64,000 nucleotides of DNA from Camelus ferus (lineage: Eukaryota), in contig NC_045697.1 of the NCBI RefSeq assembly GCF_009834535.1, positions 19,160,001 through 19,224,000 on the forward strand, in the 5' to 3' direction. The position numbers and the translations under genes are program-made. Positions 52,101 through 64,000 of the stretch are shown piece after piece. Position 1 is the first letter of the stretch. Each line of letters opens with the position of its first letter. The notes below the pieces were generated by a model. The model did no database searches. It was not told the origin of the DNA and saw nothing but the letters and a program-made list of their open reading frames with translations.

Positions 52101-55100
52101 AATCTACCAGCTTTTTTAGGTCTATGCTATTGGTTCCAATGAGACTGGAATGTAAAAAAATGTAAAAGGATCAGTGCAGATAGTTTGGGATTATCAGAAG
52201 AGTAACTCAAAATATAGACCTTGTAGATGATAAAGTAGTATTATCTTTGTGGCATCCATGAACACAATGTTTGTTTGTATGTTTACAGTATGCATGGCAG
52301 TCACTATAGTGGAGTACTAAGTATAAGATAAGGCCTTTCTCCTCCAGGAGCTTACAGTACTGTTACCTGTGCAGAGATGAACTGTTAAATAACAATACTG
52401 GAAGGGTCGATTAAATGCTAGGTAAGTGGTTCTATTATGGGAGTTTAAAGGAATGAATAGATTTATTATGGGGAAGTCTTCATTCTTGCTGATGACTCTT
52501 CTGCAGAATTTTGAAAGAGAGAAAATTTTCCTACAGAGAAGTGAGAAAGAAGAGATATATAGGTTAGCACATTAAAATGAATAAATGGATAGGTGTAAGT
52601 CCAGACTTTAGTCCTAAATCCCTCAAAAGAACACAATTTACAAGTCGGAAATACGATTTTTTAGTGTATGAGTTAAGAATACATCACTGATTTAGTATGT
52701 CTTTTGGTATTAACGTGCAGTGCTTAACCTTTCTGTGTCTTAGTTCTGTCATCTGTTAAATGCTGGTAAAGGTTGTCTACCACATCAGATTGTTAAGGAT
52801 GAAATGAATTTATACATGTAAGGTACTTAGAGCAGTGCCCACCACATAGCAAGTGCTCAATGATTAGCCCTTGTACTAGTGTTCTTGTCAGATAAATGTG
52901 AACATGGCTCGTGGGGGACGTTGGAGATTGATACTGCTGGAAGAGGCATCTGGGTTGGGGAATAGTAGAAATGGGGCTAGTCAGAGAGGGAGACCAGACT
53001 AGTGAGCCTTGCTGATTAAATCTGATGAGCTGCTTTAAGAGTGACAAGTAAGATTCTACTGATAATACCGAGTGTAGTGGTTGCCTGGAGCAGCACTTTA
53101 TTGAGGATTCTTGATCTGTGTCTGGTCTCAGTAGCAAAGAAGGATATTATTATAGAAATGATTGGTTGGCAGTATTTACTGTGTGTGTGGGAAGTTATGT
53201 AGCGTATTTTAACATTTTTATCATCATTGTACTAAATGTTAGCTGTTATAGCGTCTTGTTTTAGAAAACCTTCTATAGGAGAGTTATAGGATAATGAATT
53301 CACTATAGGCCTGAAAACTAGCTTTGAATTTAATATAATGTGGACTTGAGTGGGAAGAATGAAAATACACAGGTACTGAAGATACACAGATGAAGGATAT
53401 GTTTCTGTCCTCCACCTGTCTACAGTCTGTTATTTGAAGAAAGGTCTGTTGACAGGTAATTAAAGGCTGCGATCCTGTCTGTAGTTGAGATAGGTAGTAG
53501 GCACTGTGGGATTATAGAAAAAGAAATACGTCATTTTGCAGAAGTCAGGTAAGGCAAGAGGAGTTAGTTGCACTTAAAGGGACATTTACCTTTCATCTCT
53601 TGTCACCCCTTAACTGGGAAGCACTCTGCTAGATTAATAGCTTTCAGGATATTTATAATTAGTATAGCACATTTAAAAAACTGAAGGCTCTTAATGTGCT
53701 TCAAATGCTTATGCTGTTTTACTAACTCAGGTTTTTAACACTTTTGACTTTTATATAATACTTCTAGTTCTAGGAGAAATTGTTAGCCGTCTATAGAGGT
53801 ACTGGGTTTTCATTGTCCACAGGAAGTGGTTTATACAAGGGAAGGCCTGTTCTTGAGGTAGAATCTAGTTTCAGAATGACAAATGTCATTATTTGCACCA
53901 CTAACAAAAGGCTCTTGTAGTCAGTTTCTGGTATGTAGTGAATAGGTGACAAAACATATTGTTCATTTATTCTATCAGACAACATTTAAGTGTGCTTAAT
54001 GTACATTTTTGCCGTAAGAGTACCATAAAGATTACTTCATCAATTTGTAAATTGCGTGATCAATTTGCAGAACACTTCTGTATTAATCAGAACTGACTTT
54101 TGTACTTTGTATAAACTGTATTCCTTATTCCTTTATAATCAAATAACTTTACTTTTAGCATATGATTATCTGAATGAGTTCGGAGCACTCACAATAAGTT
54201 GCTAATCCTTCTTAATCATCATCCATGTTAGTATTTCGGTCTCTCTGTTCCCTTAATTTCAGATCCCTTCATCAGGGCTAACTGTTTTAGCTTTTATTAT
54301 ATTAGTTACCTTCATTCCTATTTCTCTTTCTCTTTTATTGTTGACACCCTTCCTCTTACTTCAGGAAACTTGAGTTTTAGAGATTTAGGGTCATTGCATG
54401 TACTGATTTGCTGGGATTAATGATGCCTTTTTAATCTGTAGAAGATACTTGACTTTGAGACAGCTCTGTCTTTCTTTATAGTTGTTTCTTGGTTTTGTCC
54501 TGAAATAGAGACCACCTCTCAGAATAGGACGCAGACACCGACTGCCTATCACATCTCTCTGTACTTGGGGCTCTAGAAAATTTGACAGTCTGTATTCTGT
54601 GTCAACGTATGAATTAGATATATTGTGAGCCTCATTTTTCTCAAATAACAAACTTTTGTATATTCATCTTAGGATGAAGCTTTTCTTATAATTTAAGGAA
54701 GTACTATTCTAAAATTGTTTGTGAATTTGCCATATTGTGGTTTTCTGTACACCTGAATTATTCTACATTTCTCCTCTGCTATGTTCACAGACTCAAGGGA
54801 TACCTCAAGTTTGGAGTACAGTTACAGAACCTTCTGCAGAAGGTAAAAATGAGGGCTGTCCACTTTTCATTGTGATGGACTATCTAGAAAACAGTAGACT
54901 TTCTGGAACATCTTATTCTTTCCTCCTTTACCCCACCAACTGGGAATCAGTTCCACATGGATGTGTGTTATATTTTGCTTTACCAATCCTTGGTTTGGGA
55001 AGAGGGTGGAGAGGAGGGACTTTGGTTCAAGTTCTGGTTGTTAAAATATATGTTATTGCAGGAGATTCACTATATTAAATTCTGCTTTAAGTGGAACAAA

Positions 55101-56639
55101 TATTTTGTTTCTGCTCTTTTAGATAAGAGACATGTTCACTGGTATTAGTGTTTTCCCCTTCAAAGATGGTCAGTTTTACAAAAATCTTTTTTCAAACAAG
55201 TCTTATGCTTACTTGAGTTTTGTTTTGTTTTGTGTTGTTTTGTCCCACTGAATATTACTTAGCAATTTAAGGGCAACTGTAATAAAAATAATACAAATTA
55301 AAAATACAATGAAAATAAAGATTTCAAAGATACTAGATAGCCATTTCAATTTGAATATGAACATGACTTATTTCTAAAAATTCTAAACATTTCTATAATT
55401 CTGGAACATGTATGATAAAATGTGGAGTAAGTCACCTAACGTGTATATGTGTCTCATACTTAAAAGTCTTTTCACTCTATGAATGGTTACTTTATTCAAA
55501 TAGAGTACTAAGTGCAAATAATGTTTATTGTCTAAACTTTCTCATCTGGTTAAGGTGCTCTTCAGTAAGAGGTCCTTCATAAGCATTCTTCTGACATTTG
55601 GCCAGTCTTCTGCTTCTCTTTTATTTTCGCATCATTGTGAATTCTTCCAAGATTTTGAAAATGGTGGGCCATTTAGATACTTTGGATTCAGAGTGTTTAA
55701 CATCGGCTGCTTACTTAAGTAGTTAGCTTAAAATTAAGAGTCTAGATCAGTATGACAAAATGAAATAGCAAATGTCAGTTGTATTGAAGGAAATTAAGTT
55801 TTTACTTCCATCATCAATTTTATTTCCTTACCACGTAGTCAGCTAAAAAAAAAAGTATGAAATAGTTGTTTATCACTGGGAGCCTATGGCTACTTAAGGG
55901 CTGTGTTCTAAAACAGAATTAACCATATAGAGTTGTGATTCACTCACATAAAGGTATGATAGTTAAAGTCATTTGAATTGAGAGGTCACTAAGAGAAGGA
56001 AAAGGAAAAAAATAGCCCCCGGGGAACAGTGCTAAGACAAAAACCAAGGATTAGCTAATGAAATAAATAATGGCCATCAGAGACATAAGAGGTGAGTAAA
56101 GAAGGTACAGTTTCTTGGAATTCTATAGAGCAGAGTTTTCGGGAAGTGATGGATGGTTGTAGAGTTGAGGGCATAATCTGCCATATTGCAGAGTATTTGC
56201 TGAGTGCCCTCATGAAGAACTTTTAAAGTCTCTGTAATAAGTATAGTTGTACTCCTGAGGAAATGACTGATTTTGTTTCCTTCTTTGTCTACTTTTTATA
56301 ACTATTACTAAGGATCTCGTGTATATTTTGTGCATGCTCTTAGTTTCATTCAGTTTCTGTTGTCCATTGACATCCTTCATGTTTTATTCTCTTTATATTA
56401 TATGAATCTTTGTAAGTCATTTCTTCTCTCTCTTTCTCTGTATCTCTCATTGAGTGATAGAGAGAGGAGAGATGAAAAGAGGCCAAGAGTGCTAATATAG
56501 AGAAATACGATGTGTTGTAGAAAAGCTCTTAGATATTGCAAGAAGAAAATCATTAACCTTGAAGAATAGAATGTAAGCATTGATTGGTATGGGGAGTTGA
56601 GTCACATATACACACAAAATAAATCTTAAAAAAGATTAA

Positions 56640-57068
56640 AGTGGAAACAACTCAAAAGCGCATCAACAGGTAAATGGATTTTTTAAAATGTAGTATACAA
56701 TGGAATATTATTCAGCCTTAAAAAGGAAGGAAATTCTGTTGCAACATGGATGAACCTTGAAGACATTATGTGAAGTGAAAGAAGGCAACTACAGGAAGAC
56801 AGAGTATGATTCTGCTTATATGAGGTACCTAGAGTAGTCAAAACCATAGAGACAGAAAGTAGAATAGTAGTTGCTGGGGGAGGGAGAAGGGGGAGGGGAG
56901 CAGGGGATTGTTGTTTAATGGGTAGAGAGTTTCAGTTTTGCAAGATGAAGAGAGTTCTGGAGTTGGATGGTTGCATAACAATATGAATACTTAATACCAT
57001 TGAACTATACACTTAAAATGGTTAAGATGTTAAATTTTATGTTATGCATATTTTACCACAACAAAAAA
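56640..57068 (+). mobile_element. L1MB-type 3' end
   Basis: caatggaatattattcagccttaaaaaggaaggaaattctg…tgaggtacctagagtagtcaaa…cacttaaaatggttaagatg…ttttaccacaacaaaaaa. Confidence 0.85.
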
Positions 57069-58477
57069 TGATTTAACAGAATGAGTAGATATGAAGTAGA
57101 TATAGCAGGTAACACCCTATTTAAGGGGTAGACAAGAAGATGGAGGAAATTGGTAGTTACAAATGGGTAGTATGATCAAGTAAAGGATTTTCTTAAGAAC
57201 TGATAGATCTAATTATGCTTAAAGAAAAAGGGAAGTACTCTACTGACATTTTTAAAAAATTGAACATTTAAAAAGCTTTTCAATTCAGGCAGTATTTTGT
57301 TCAAAAAGTACTACCACCATGTATAGGAGTTGGTAATTGGGTTTACATCTTAGTACATCTTAATGTAATAAATGTCAGCATTTTTTTTATGGATATTATG
57401 TTGGATTATGGATTGAAAAGGTATTGTTAGGTTAATAAAAAATGAATTGAAGGCAAGAAACTTATTGACAGAATGATTTTCTTTTGCTAGATGGTACTGA
57501 CTCACAGGTCTGTCACTAACCATTTTCAGATCCTTTAGAATTTACTTCCTATGAAGAATTTGAATGACAGTTTTTTTTTTTTAAAACAATAGCTTGAACT
57601 TTTTGGAAAAGGTTGAAGGTGGGCTGGGAAGAGGGGAAATGGAAGAGAAATCAGAGAGGGGAGGCATAAGGAATTCCTTACCTTTCAAATTTTCTTATTT
57701 GCTTGTCTAGTTTCTGAATTATGTATTGTAAGAATTAGAATTCTAACGTCCTTATTTTCCGTGTTTTGACCAGTACCAAATATTTTGTGGCAGAATTTTA
57801 ATGATAGTGCTACAGCTCTCCTACAATGAATAATAATAGGTTTCTGTGTGTTAGCTGCACACCCACTGATCCAGAGCCTGTGACCCTAGCAAAGGTAAGC
57901 ATATCCCAGATTGCAGTGTGAGATAGTTGAAGATTGATCTGCTTTGATAGTTGTTTAAATTTTTCTCATCTGTCTTTAATGAGCATGCTCAATTGCATGA
58001 ATTTGACCATGCATTAGACTGCATTCTCTTTTAGATGTGTAATTAGAAGCTTTTGAAAGAGGGAAGGTTAAGTTTTAAGTTAGTGGATATATGTTTTAGG
58101 ACTGTGCCTAGATTCTTTGAGTGGTTTTCAGGAATGCCCAAAAAAGTAATCATTCTAGTTTCTAATGGAACCTGCGCTCTATTAAGTACCAGAAGTTGAA
58201 TTTATCACAAAACTAAACGCTTAATGAATTCCTGTGCATAACTGATTGTAATATGCTTTGTTGAGTGGCTTGAAATTACAGTATACTATGTCTTCTTTTT
58301 TTACTACATAGCTTTAAAGTTTGAGCAGTTTATCCGTTTTAGTAAGTTTTTCTTTAGTGGAGGAAGATTAAAGAGAGGACTCAAATTATCTCAAATAATG
58401 GGAAATTTCTTGTAAGGATACTCTGCCATCAATGATTTTATTAATTGCAGGTGACTAAAGTCAGACTAACTTGCTCC

Positions 58478-59890
58478 ATTCATTCATTACATCATCAAAA
58501 ATTGAGTTCTTCCTGGAGACTGGCATTATTCTGGGTTTAGGGGATAGAGCATTGAGCAAAATAGATTTCCTGCCTTCATGAAGTTAGCACTCTCTTAGGA
58601 AGAGAGATAGTGAACAAGTTTGCATGTGTATGTGTAGAGATATACACATACACATGACTGCTGCAACAGATAAGTAACATGATAAAAGTTAAGCAGGGTA
58701 ACACATACATAGTCAGTGACCAGGTAGGATGGAGGATATTTAAGTAAAGTAGTCAAGGAAGAACTTCCCAGAGAAGTGACGTTTGGTTGTAGACCTGAGT
58801 GACGAGAGAGACTGAGCCACAGGAAGGTCTGGGTGAAGTATATTCCAGCTTAGAGATCAGCCAGGCTAAGACTCAAAGTATTTTGGGGACTTTAAGAAGG
58901 CTGGTATAGCTAGAAGATCATAAGAGATGGGGAGACAAGTATGATCAGAGTGATAAGCGGGGGCCAGATCTCAGAAGACCTTGTAGGGTCTAATAAAGAG
59001 TTTAGGATTTATTATAAGTATAATATCATTATATTGCAAGTCTAGCTCCATTTAGGAGTTTTGAGTAAAGTAGTGATCTATGATCTATCTTTTGAAAAGA
59101 TTATGTAGTGACTGGGTGGATATTAAACTCTGGAGGGAGAGAGGCAGCAGTGGAAGTGAGGCTCTTGCAGTGACCTGGTGGGAGGGAGGTAGCAGAGAGG
59201 TCTGATTTGTGATATAGTTTAAAAGAATACTGACAGGATTTGCTGTTGGGTTGGATTCAGGAAGTTGATGAGGATGGGGACAGAAATTAAGGATAGTATC
59301 TGGGTTTTATATACCTGTGGTGTTCAGATTTCTTGGAGATGGAGGCAGTTAGGGGGGAAAAGTAAAAACAGGCTCAATTGGGAGATTAGTAGTGGGGGAA
59401 AAAAAAGGGTTAAAAACCCCTGAGATCATGATGCAAAGAAGTGAAGGAATAAGTGCTGAGAGGTCAAGAAGCAGAAGAGGATCCAGGAAAGAAGAAAGAG
59501 AAGAAATGACCGGTGAGGTATGAGGGGAACCAGGAGAATCTGGGGTCAGGAAGTCCATGAAGGAAATGTTTTAAGAAAGAGCACAGTCAGTGTCAGATGC
59601 TCCAGAAGTTCGAATAAGATCATGGCAGAGACCTCACCATTGGATTGGCAAAGTAGAGGACAAGGTTGGTGGTGATGTTGACGGAAACAGTTGCACTGTC
59701 GTGGTGGAAGTGAAAGTCTGATTGGAGTGGATTAAAGAGGAACTGAAGACAGCAAATATTGTTGACTTTCAGAAGGAGAAGAAAAATGGAACTATGATAC
59801 CTAAAGATAGGTATGACATGAAGGAAGGATTTTTCTATTTTTTAAAAGATGGAAGATATATTAATGGAATGACCCAGCTGAGAAATAATT
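58478..59890 (-). mobile_element. L2 remnant (purine-rich on the + strand)
   Basis: Starts cattcattcatt (L2 tail), then tcctgccttcatgaagtt, gaagtgacgtttg…agacctgag and gtcagatgct…ccattggattggcaa. Confidence 0.7.
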
Positions 59891-61235
59891 GACATAGGAG
59901 AAAACCAATCTATATTAATTAAAAATTATCTTTATTTAACTTAAGTAAAGTGTAGCTATGTAGTCAGTGGCTTAATCCACTCTGGTTATCTGTAGTTCTG
60001 TTTCTGTTTCTTTATGGATTTTGATTTTATTTCCTCCTACTGCATTTCCTAGAGGTTAACTCTGTGGCTGCTGGCAGTTGTAGACTTATCTTTTCCCAGG
60101 ATCAAAGAGAAATAGGAGTCTTTCTTGCCTGATCTAGTTATAAAAATTTCTGGAAGTAACTGGGTTACGTCATGTGGCCATGCCTAGACCTTATCAGTGT
60201 GACCTCCAGGGTATGTTCTATGATTACTTCCTTCTCTGACCCCTCTCCCTGGTGATCTCGATTCTTGTTTCAGAAGAGAAAAAAGGGGTACCTAGTAGAC
60301 AAACAACTGTAACAGACTGATGAGCAAGAGAAACTAGACTTTGACAAGAGCAGGTAGAAGAAAAGTTTAAAAGGTTTTTCTGGATTCAGAAATAGGTGGG
60401 TGTGGTCTGGCACCATGGGTCAGATATAAAGTATAGCTACTCCTTCAGAAAATCTGATATATTCTTGACACTTGCAGTCTAAAACTTTAGGACTATGAAT
60501 GGATTTTCTCATAGACAGGCCTCTTTTGGTCCCTCTCTGAATTTTATGATAAGAGGGTATTATTTCCCAAATATATTATCCCATTTTGGTATTTTAACTA
60601 AATTTGAACTAATATAACCCTCAACCCTGGACAGTAAATTTTCTTCCGCCTCTCCCCTTTCCAAAATCTACGTGGCTATTACAGATTTTCACTACTGCAT
60701 AGCTCTTTTCACTTGACAAGGTGAAACCCTGACTGCATTCACCTAGGCTCACCAGACATATCTATACGGTGCAAGAGGAAACATAAGTGTTTTTAAAAGC
60801 ATCATTGGAGGGTCAAAGAAGTGAATCTGAGGTGGCAGAAACTAAGTGGTGTTCATTCTGAGTTAGTTTGGAAATCTAGAAAGTATTGCCCCCCAAGTAC
60901 ATGTAAATTCAGGAAATAGATGATTCCTGTCACATGACCGAAATATCCACTAAAGGCAAATAGTATTCATCACACTTAAGTAATATTTAAAAATACCAAC
61001 TACTGTTCCCAACTGCTTTACTGCAAAAAGAATATGGAAGGTTTTTGCCGTGTGATGTATTCATGATGTCCTTGAGTTCTTGTCATTTGAGTTACTCATA
61101 AAATTTTACCAAGTGAGGCTTCTCAATAGGAGAAAAAGAACAAATAAAACATTAGAGAGTCAATGAATATAAAGTTTATAAAAGCATCCAGAGATTTGTC
61201 GAGGAAGATATGCCTTTATGAAATTACAAAAAGAG

Positions 61236-62626
61236 AGGCGAGGCAGCCAAGATGGCAGAGTAGAACAGGCCAGAGCTCAGCTCCTCTCACGCACACGCCA
61301 GAATCACAACTAACTGCAGAACAACCATTGATAAAAAAGACTGGAACCTATCAGAAAAGACCTTCCATAATTAAAGACATAAAGAAGGAACCACAGCAAG
61401 ACTGGTAGGAGGGGAGGACTCGAGGTATAGTCAAGTACACCCCCTGCCCTGGTGGGTGACCCACAAGCTGGAAAATAATTATAGTGCAGAGGTTCTCCCA
61501 CAAAGCAGTGAGAGTTCTGAGCCCCACATCAGGCACCCCAACCCAGGGGGCTGCGCTGGGAAGAGGAGTCCCCAGAGTATTTAGCTTTGAAGGCCAGTGA
61601 GGCTTAATTGCAGGAGCTCCACAGGACTGAGGGAAATAGAGACTTCACTCTTAAAGGGTACACACAAAATCTCATGCTCACCAGGACCAATGGCAAAAGC
61701 AGTGATTTTATAGGAACCTGGGCCAGACCTAATCTGCTGGTCTTGGAGGGTCTCGTGGGGAGGTGGGGGCGGCTGTGGCTTACCCTGGGGACATAGACAT
61801 GGTGGCGGACATACTGGGGAGTATTCATTTGCACGTACTCTTCTGGAGGCTGACATCTTGCTTGGGTCATTAGCACCAAGACCTAGCCACACCCAACAGC
61901 AGGATTCAGAGCTGGGCTGCCTCAGGCCAGACAACTAACTGCAGGGGGCATATCCCCACCCATCAGTAGACTGTTGCCCACAGCCTCCTCCAGACATACC
62001 CCAGGATGTGGTTTTGCCCACCAGAGGGCCAAGACCCAGCTGTACTCACCAGTGGGAAGACACTGGATCCTCCCACCAGAAAGCTTGCACAAGCCTCTAG
62101 ACCAGCCTCACCCACCAGGGGGCAGACACCAGAAGCAAGAAAACTACGATCTTGCAGCCTGCAGAGCAAGTCTGCAAACGCAGGCCAGACCCTACTCCAG
62201 GACCAGCTGGCCCCTGGCCCTTGGGTGACAAGAGGAGGGTGCACTGCTGGGATGCATAGGATATCTACAGAGGGCCACTTCTCCAAGGTCAAGAAACATA
62301 ACTAACCTACCTACCACATACATAAAAATACAAATAGAAATTTAGACAGAGTGAGGTGGCAGAGGAATGTGTTTCAGACAGAAGAGCAAGGTGAATTCCA
62401 GAAGAGGAACTAAGTGATGAGGAGATAGGCAATCTACCTGAGAAAGAATTCAGACTAATGATCCTAAAGTTGACCAAAGAACTCAGGAGGAGAATAGATG
62501 CACAGAGCAAGAAGCTAGACGTTTTTAATAAAGATTTAAAAAATATGAAGAACAACCAAACACAGTTTCATCCACAGTAACTGGAATGAAAAATACACTA
62601 GAAAGAATCAGTAGCAGACTAAATGA
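61236..62626 (+). mobile_element. LINE-1 5' UTR and start of ORF1, 3'-truncated and flanked by a TSD
   Basis: Starts near ccaagatggcagagtag (L1 5' YY1-type motif), followed by a GC-rich UTR. ORF1 remnant (…ELSDEEIGNLPEKEFRLMILKLTKELRRRID…) from about 62351. Direct repeat atgaaatta(c/t)aaaaa(a)gag at 61218-61235 and 62623-62641. Confidence 0.88.
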
Positions 62627-64000
62627 AATTATAAAAAAGAGTTTTATTAAATTATAAATAGTTATGGGTAATATCTTGCTGTTAATCAATTCTAAGAAAA
62701 AGAATACTTTTGTAAGACTTAGGTACCATAAGAAATGATAGTTTTATTTAGTGTAAATTAAAGTGCTGTATTCATTTTTCATATTTTTAATGAAAAATTT
62801 GGATAGTATTTTTTTCAAAAATTAATTCGATGTCATTGCAATCATCTTTTATTTTCCTTTATATTAATAGGATGCAAGGAGCAGAATTCTCTGAAATACC
62901 AAATTGGTGTAATATTTTTATTAGTAGCATTTGTGTAGACTGAAAGCATGTGTAAACTACAAATAGGTGTGGTATTTGTCTTCTATAAGAGTTTATTTAT
63001 TTTGCAAGTAAACTGGTTGAGCAGGACTTAGAAGTCATTTCTGTGTGTTTTGGTTTGTCCACACTTCCGTTAAAATAAATAATCATTACTTACTAGATAA
63101 AGTATTCTGTTTGCATGGAATAACAAGTGTAAGAGGGCAATTTATAGTTTAAGAAGAACTCTGAATTTAATTATTTGGTAATAACTTGTTCATTTGTCTC
63201 CAACACTGTTTCACCAAAGTAAGCAGAATTACTTTCTTCTCCACTGGCATAGCTGGAGCCTGAAAAAAAAGTTAAAACAGGAAAGCACTTCTGAATCTGG
63301 GAAATCAGTCAATTGCAAGAAAACAAAAAAATACAACTGGGAATTGTTGAATAGACAATTAGAAAAGCCAAAAAAAGAAAAGAAAGAGGGAAAAGAAACC
63401 GGTTACTTCAGCTCTAGCCCATTAAAGTAGAGAAATAGTAAAGTTTAAATGTTATAGTGATTTAAACCAATGTAACCATCATGTTCCTAAAAAAATTACG
63501 TAAATATCAGATTATTCCTGAATGCAGCTAAAATCAAGAGAAGAATTGGCCTTCCTTTGCAGTCTAGTTTTCAAAAGGTATCATAAATATTTTTATACTA
63601 GTTTCTTAGTTTTTTGCTAAATAACATCATAAATCCATACTAGAAGTTTTTTAATATTGTGAATTTAAGATCTTACATCGTTTCAACCTGGTATTAAATG
63701 GATATTGAACAGCAAGTAAACTTTCTGTGGATTCTGAGGCTTCATAATTACTTAGGGCCTCTCATCTTTTAGATCCTGATAGCTTGAGAAACCCCACGGG
63801 ACAGCTGTTTTTTCCTAGAGAGACAGTATCCCAAAGAAAGTGTGGAGCTTGACTTCCTGTATTCAAGTCTTTATGTAACACTTACTAGATACATTCCTTT
63901 GGGTAACTACCATAATGTTTCTGTTCTTTGCTTTCCCCATCTGTAAAATGTAGGTAATAATAGTACCCACCTTAGAGGACTGTGTGAAGGATTAAATGAG

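Noticed and set aside
61163..62555. Cluster of overlapping ORFs in GC-rich DNA suggesting a gene or CpG island
   Set aside because: Explained by the L1 5' UTR and ORF1 remnant. CpGs are largely decayed.

Overview
AT-rich mammalian genomic DNA, almost certainly camelid because it carries tRNA-Ala-derived Vic-1-type SINEs. The whole window lies inside the STIM2 gene on the + strand. It holds two coding exons: 6533-6663 (131 bp; the luminal Cys pair and canonical EF-hand loop) and 46949-47063 (115 bp; hidden EF-hand region). They are separated by a 40.3 kb GT-AG intron. The rest is intronic and dominated by transposon fossils. These include an 8.35 kb decayed class I ERV provirus on the - strand (two LTRs, 4-bp TSD, tRNA-Leu PBS, gag-pro-pol-env) with a younger solo LTR nested in its protease. 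There is also a fairly young 5'-truncated L1, a twin-primed 5'-inverted L1 with a doubled 3' UTR, and a tailless 5'-only L1 flanked by a TSD, plus MaLR, MER21, hAT, L2 and old L1M relics. Most listed ORFs are repeat-derived or spurious. I found no convincing new multi-gene system. The best leads are a candidate poison (NMD) cassette exon at 57774-57894, a locally templated repair patch at 15885-15938, and the unusual L1 and ERV insertion structures. Repeat subfamily names are from my recall of consensus sequences, not from a database search.
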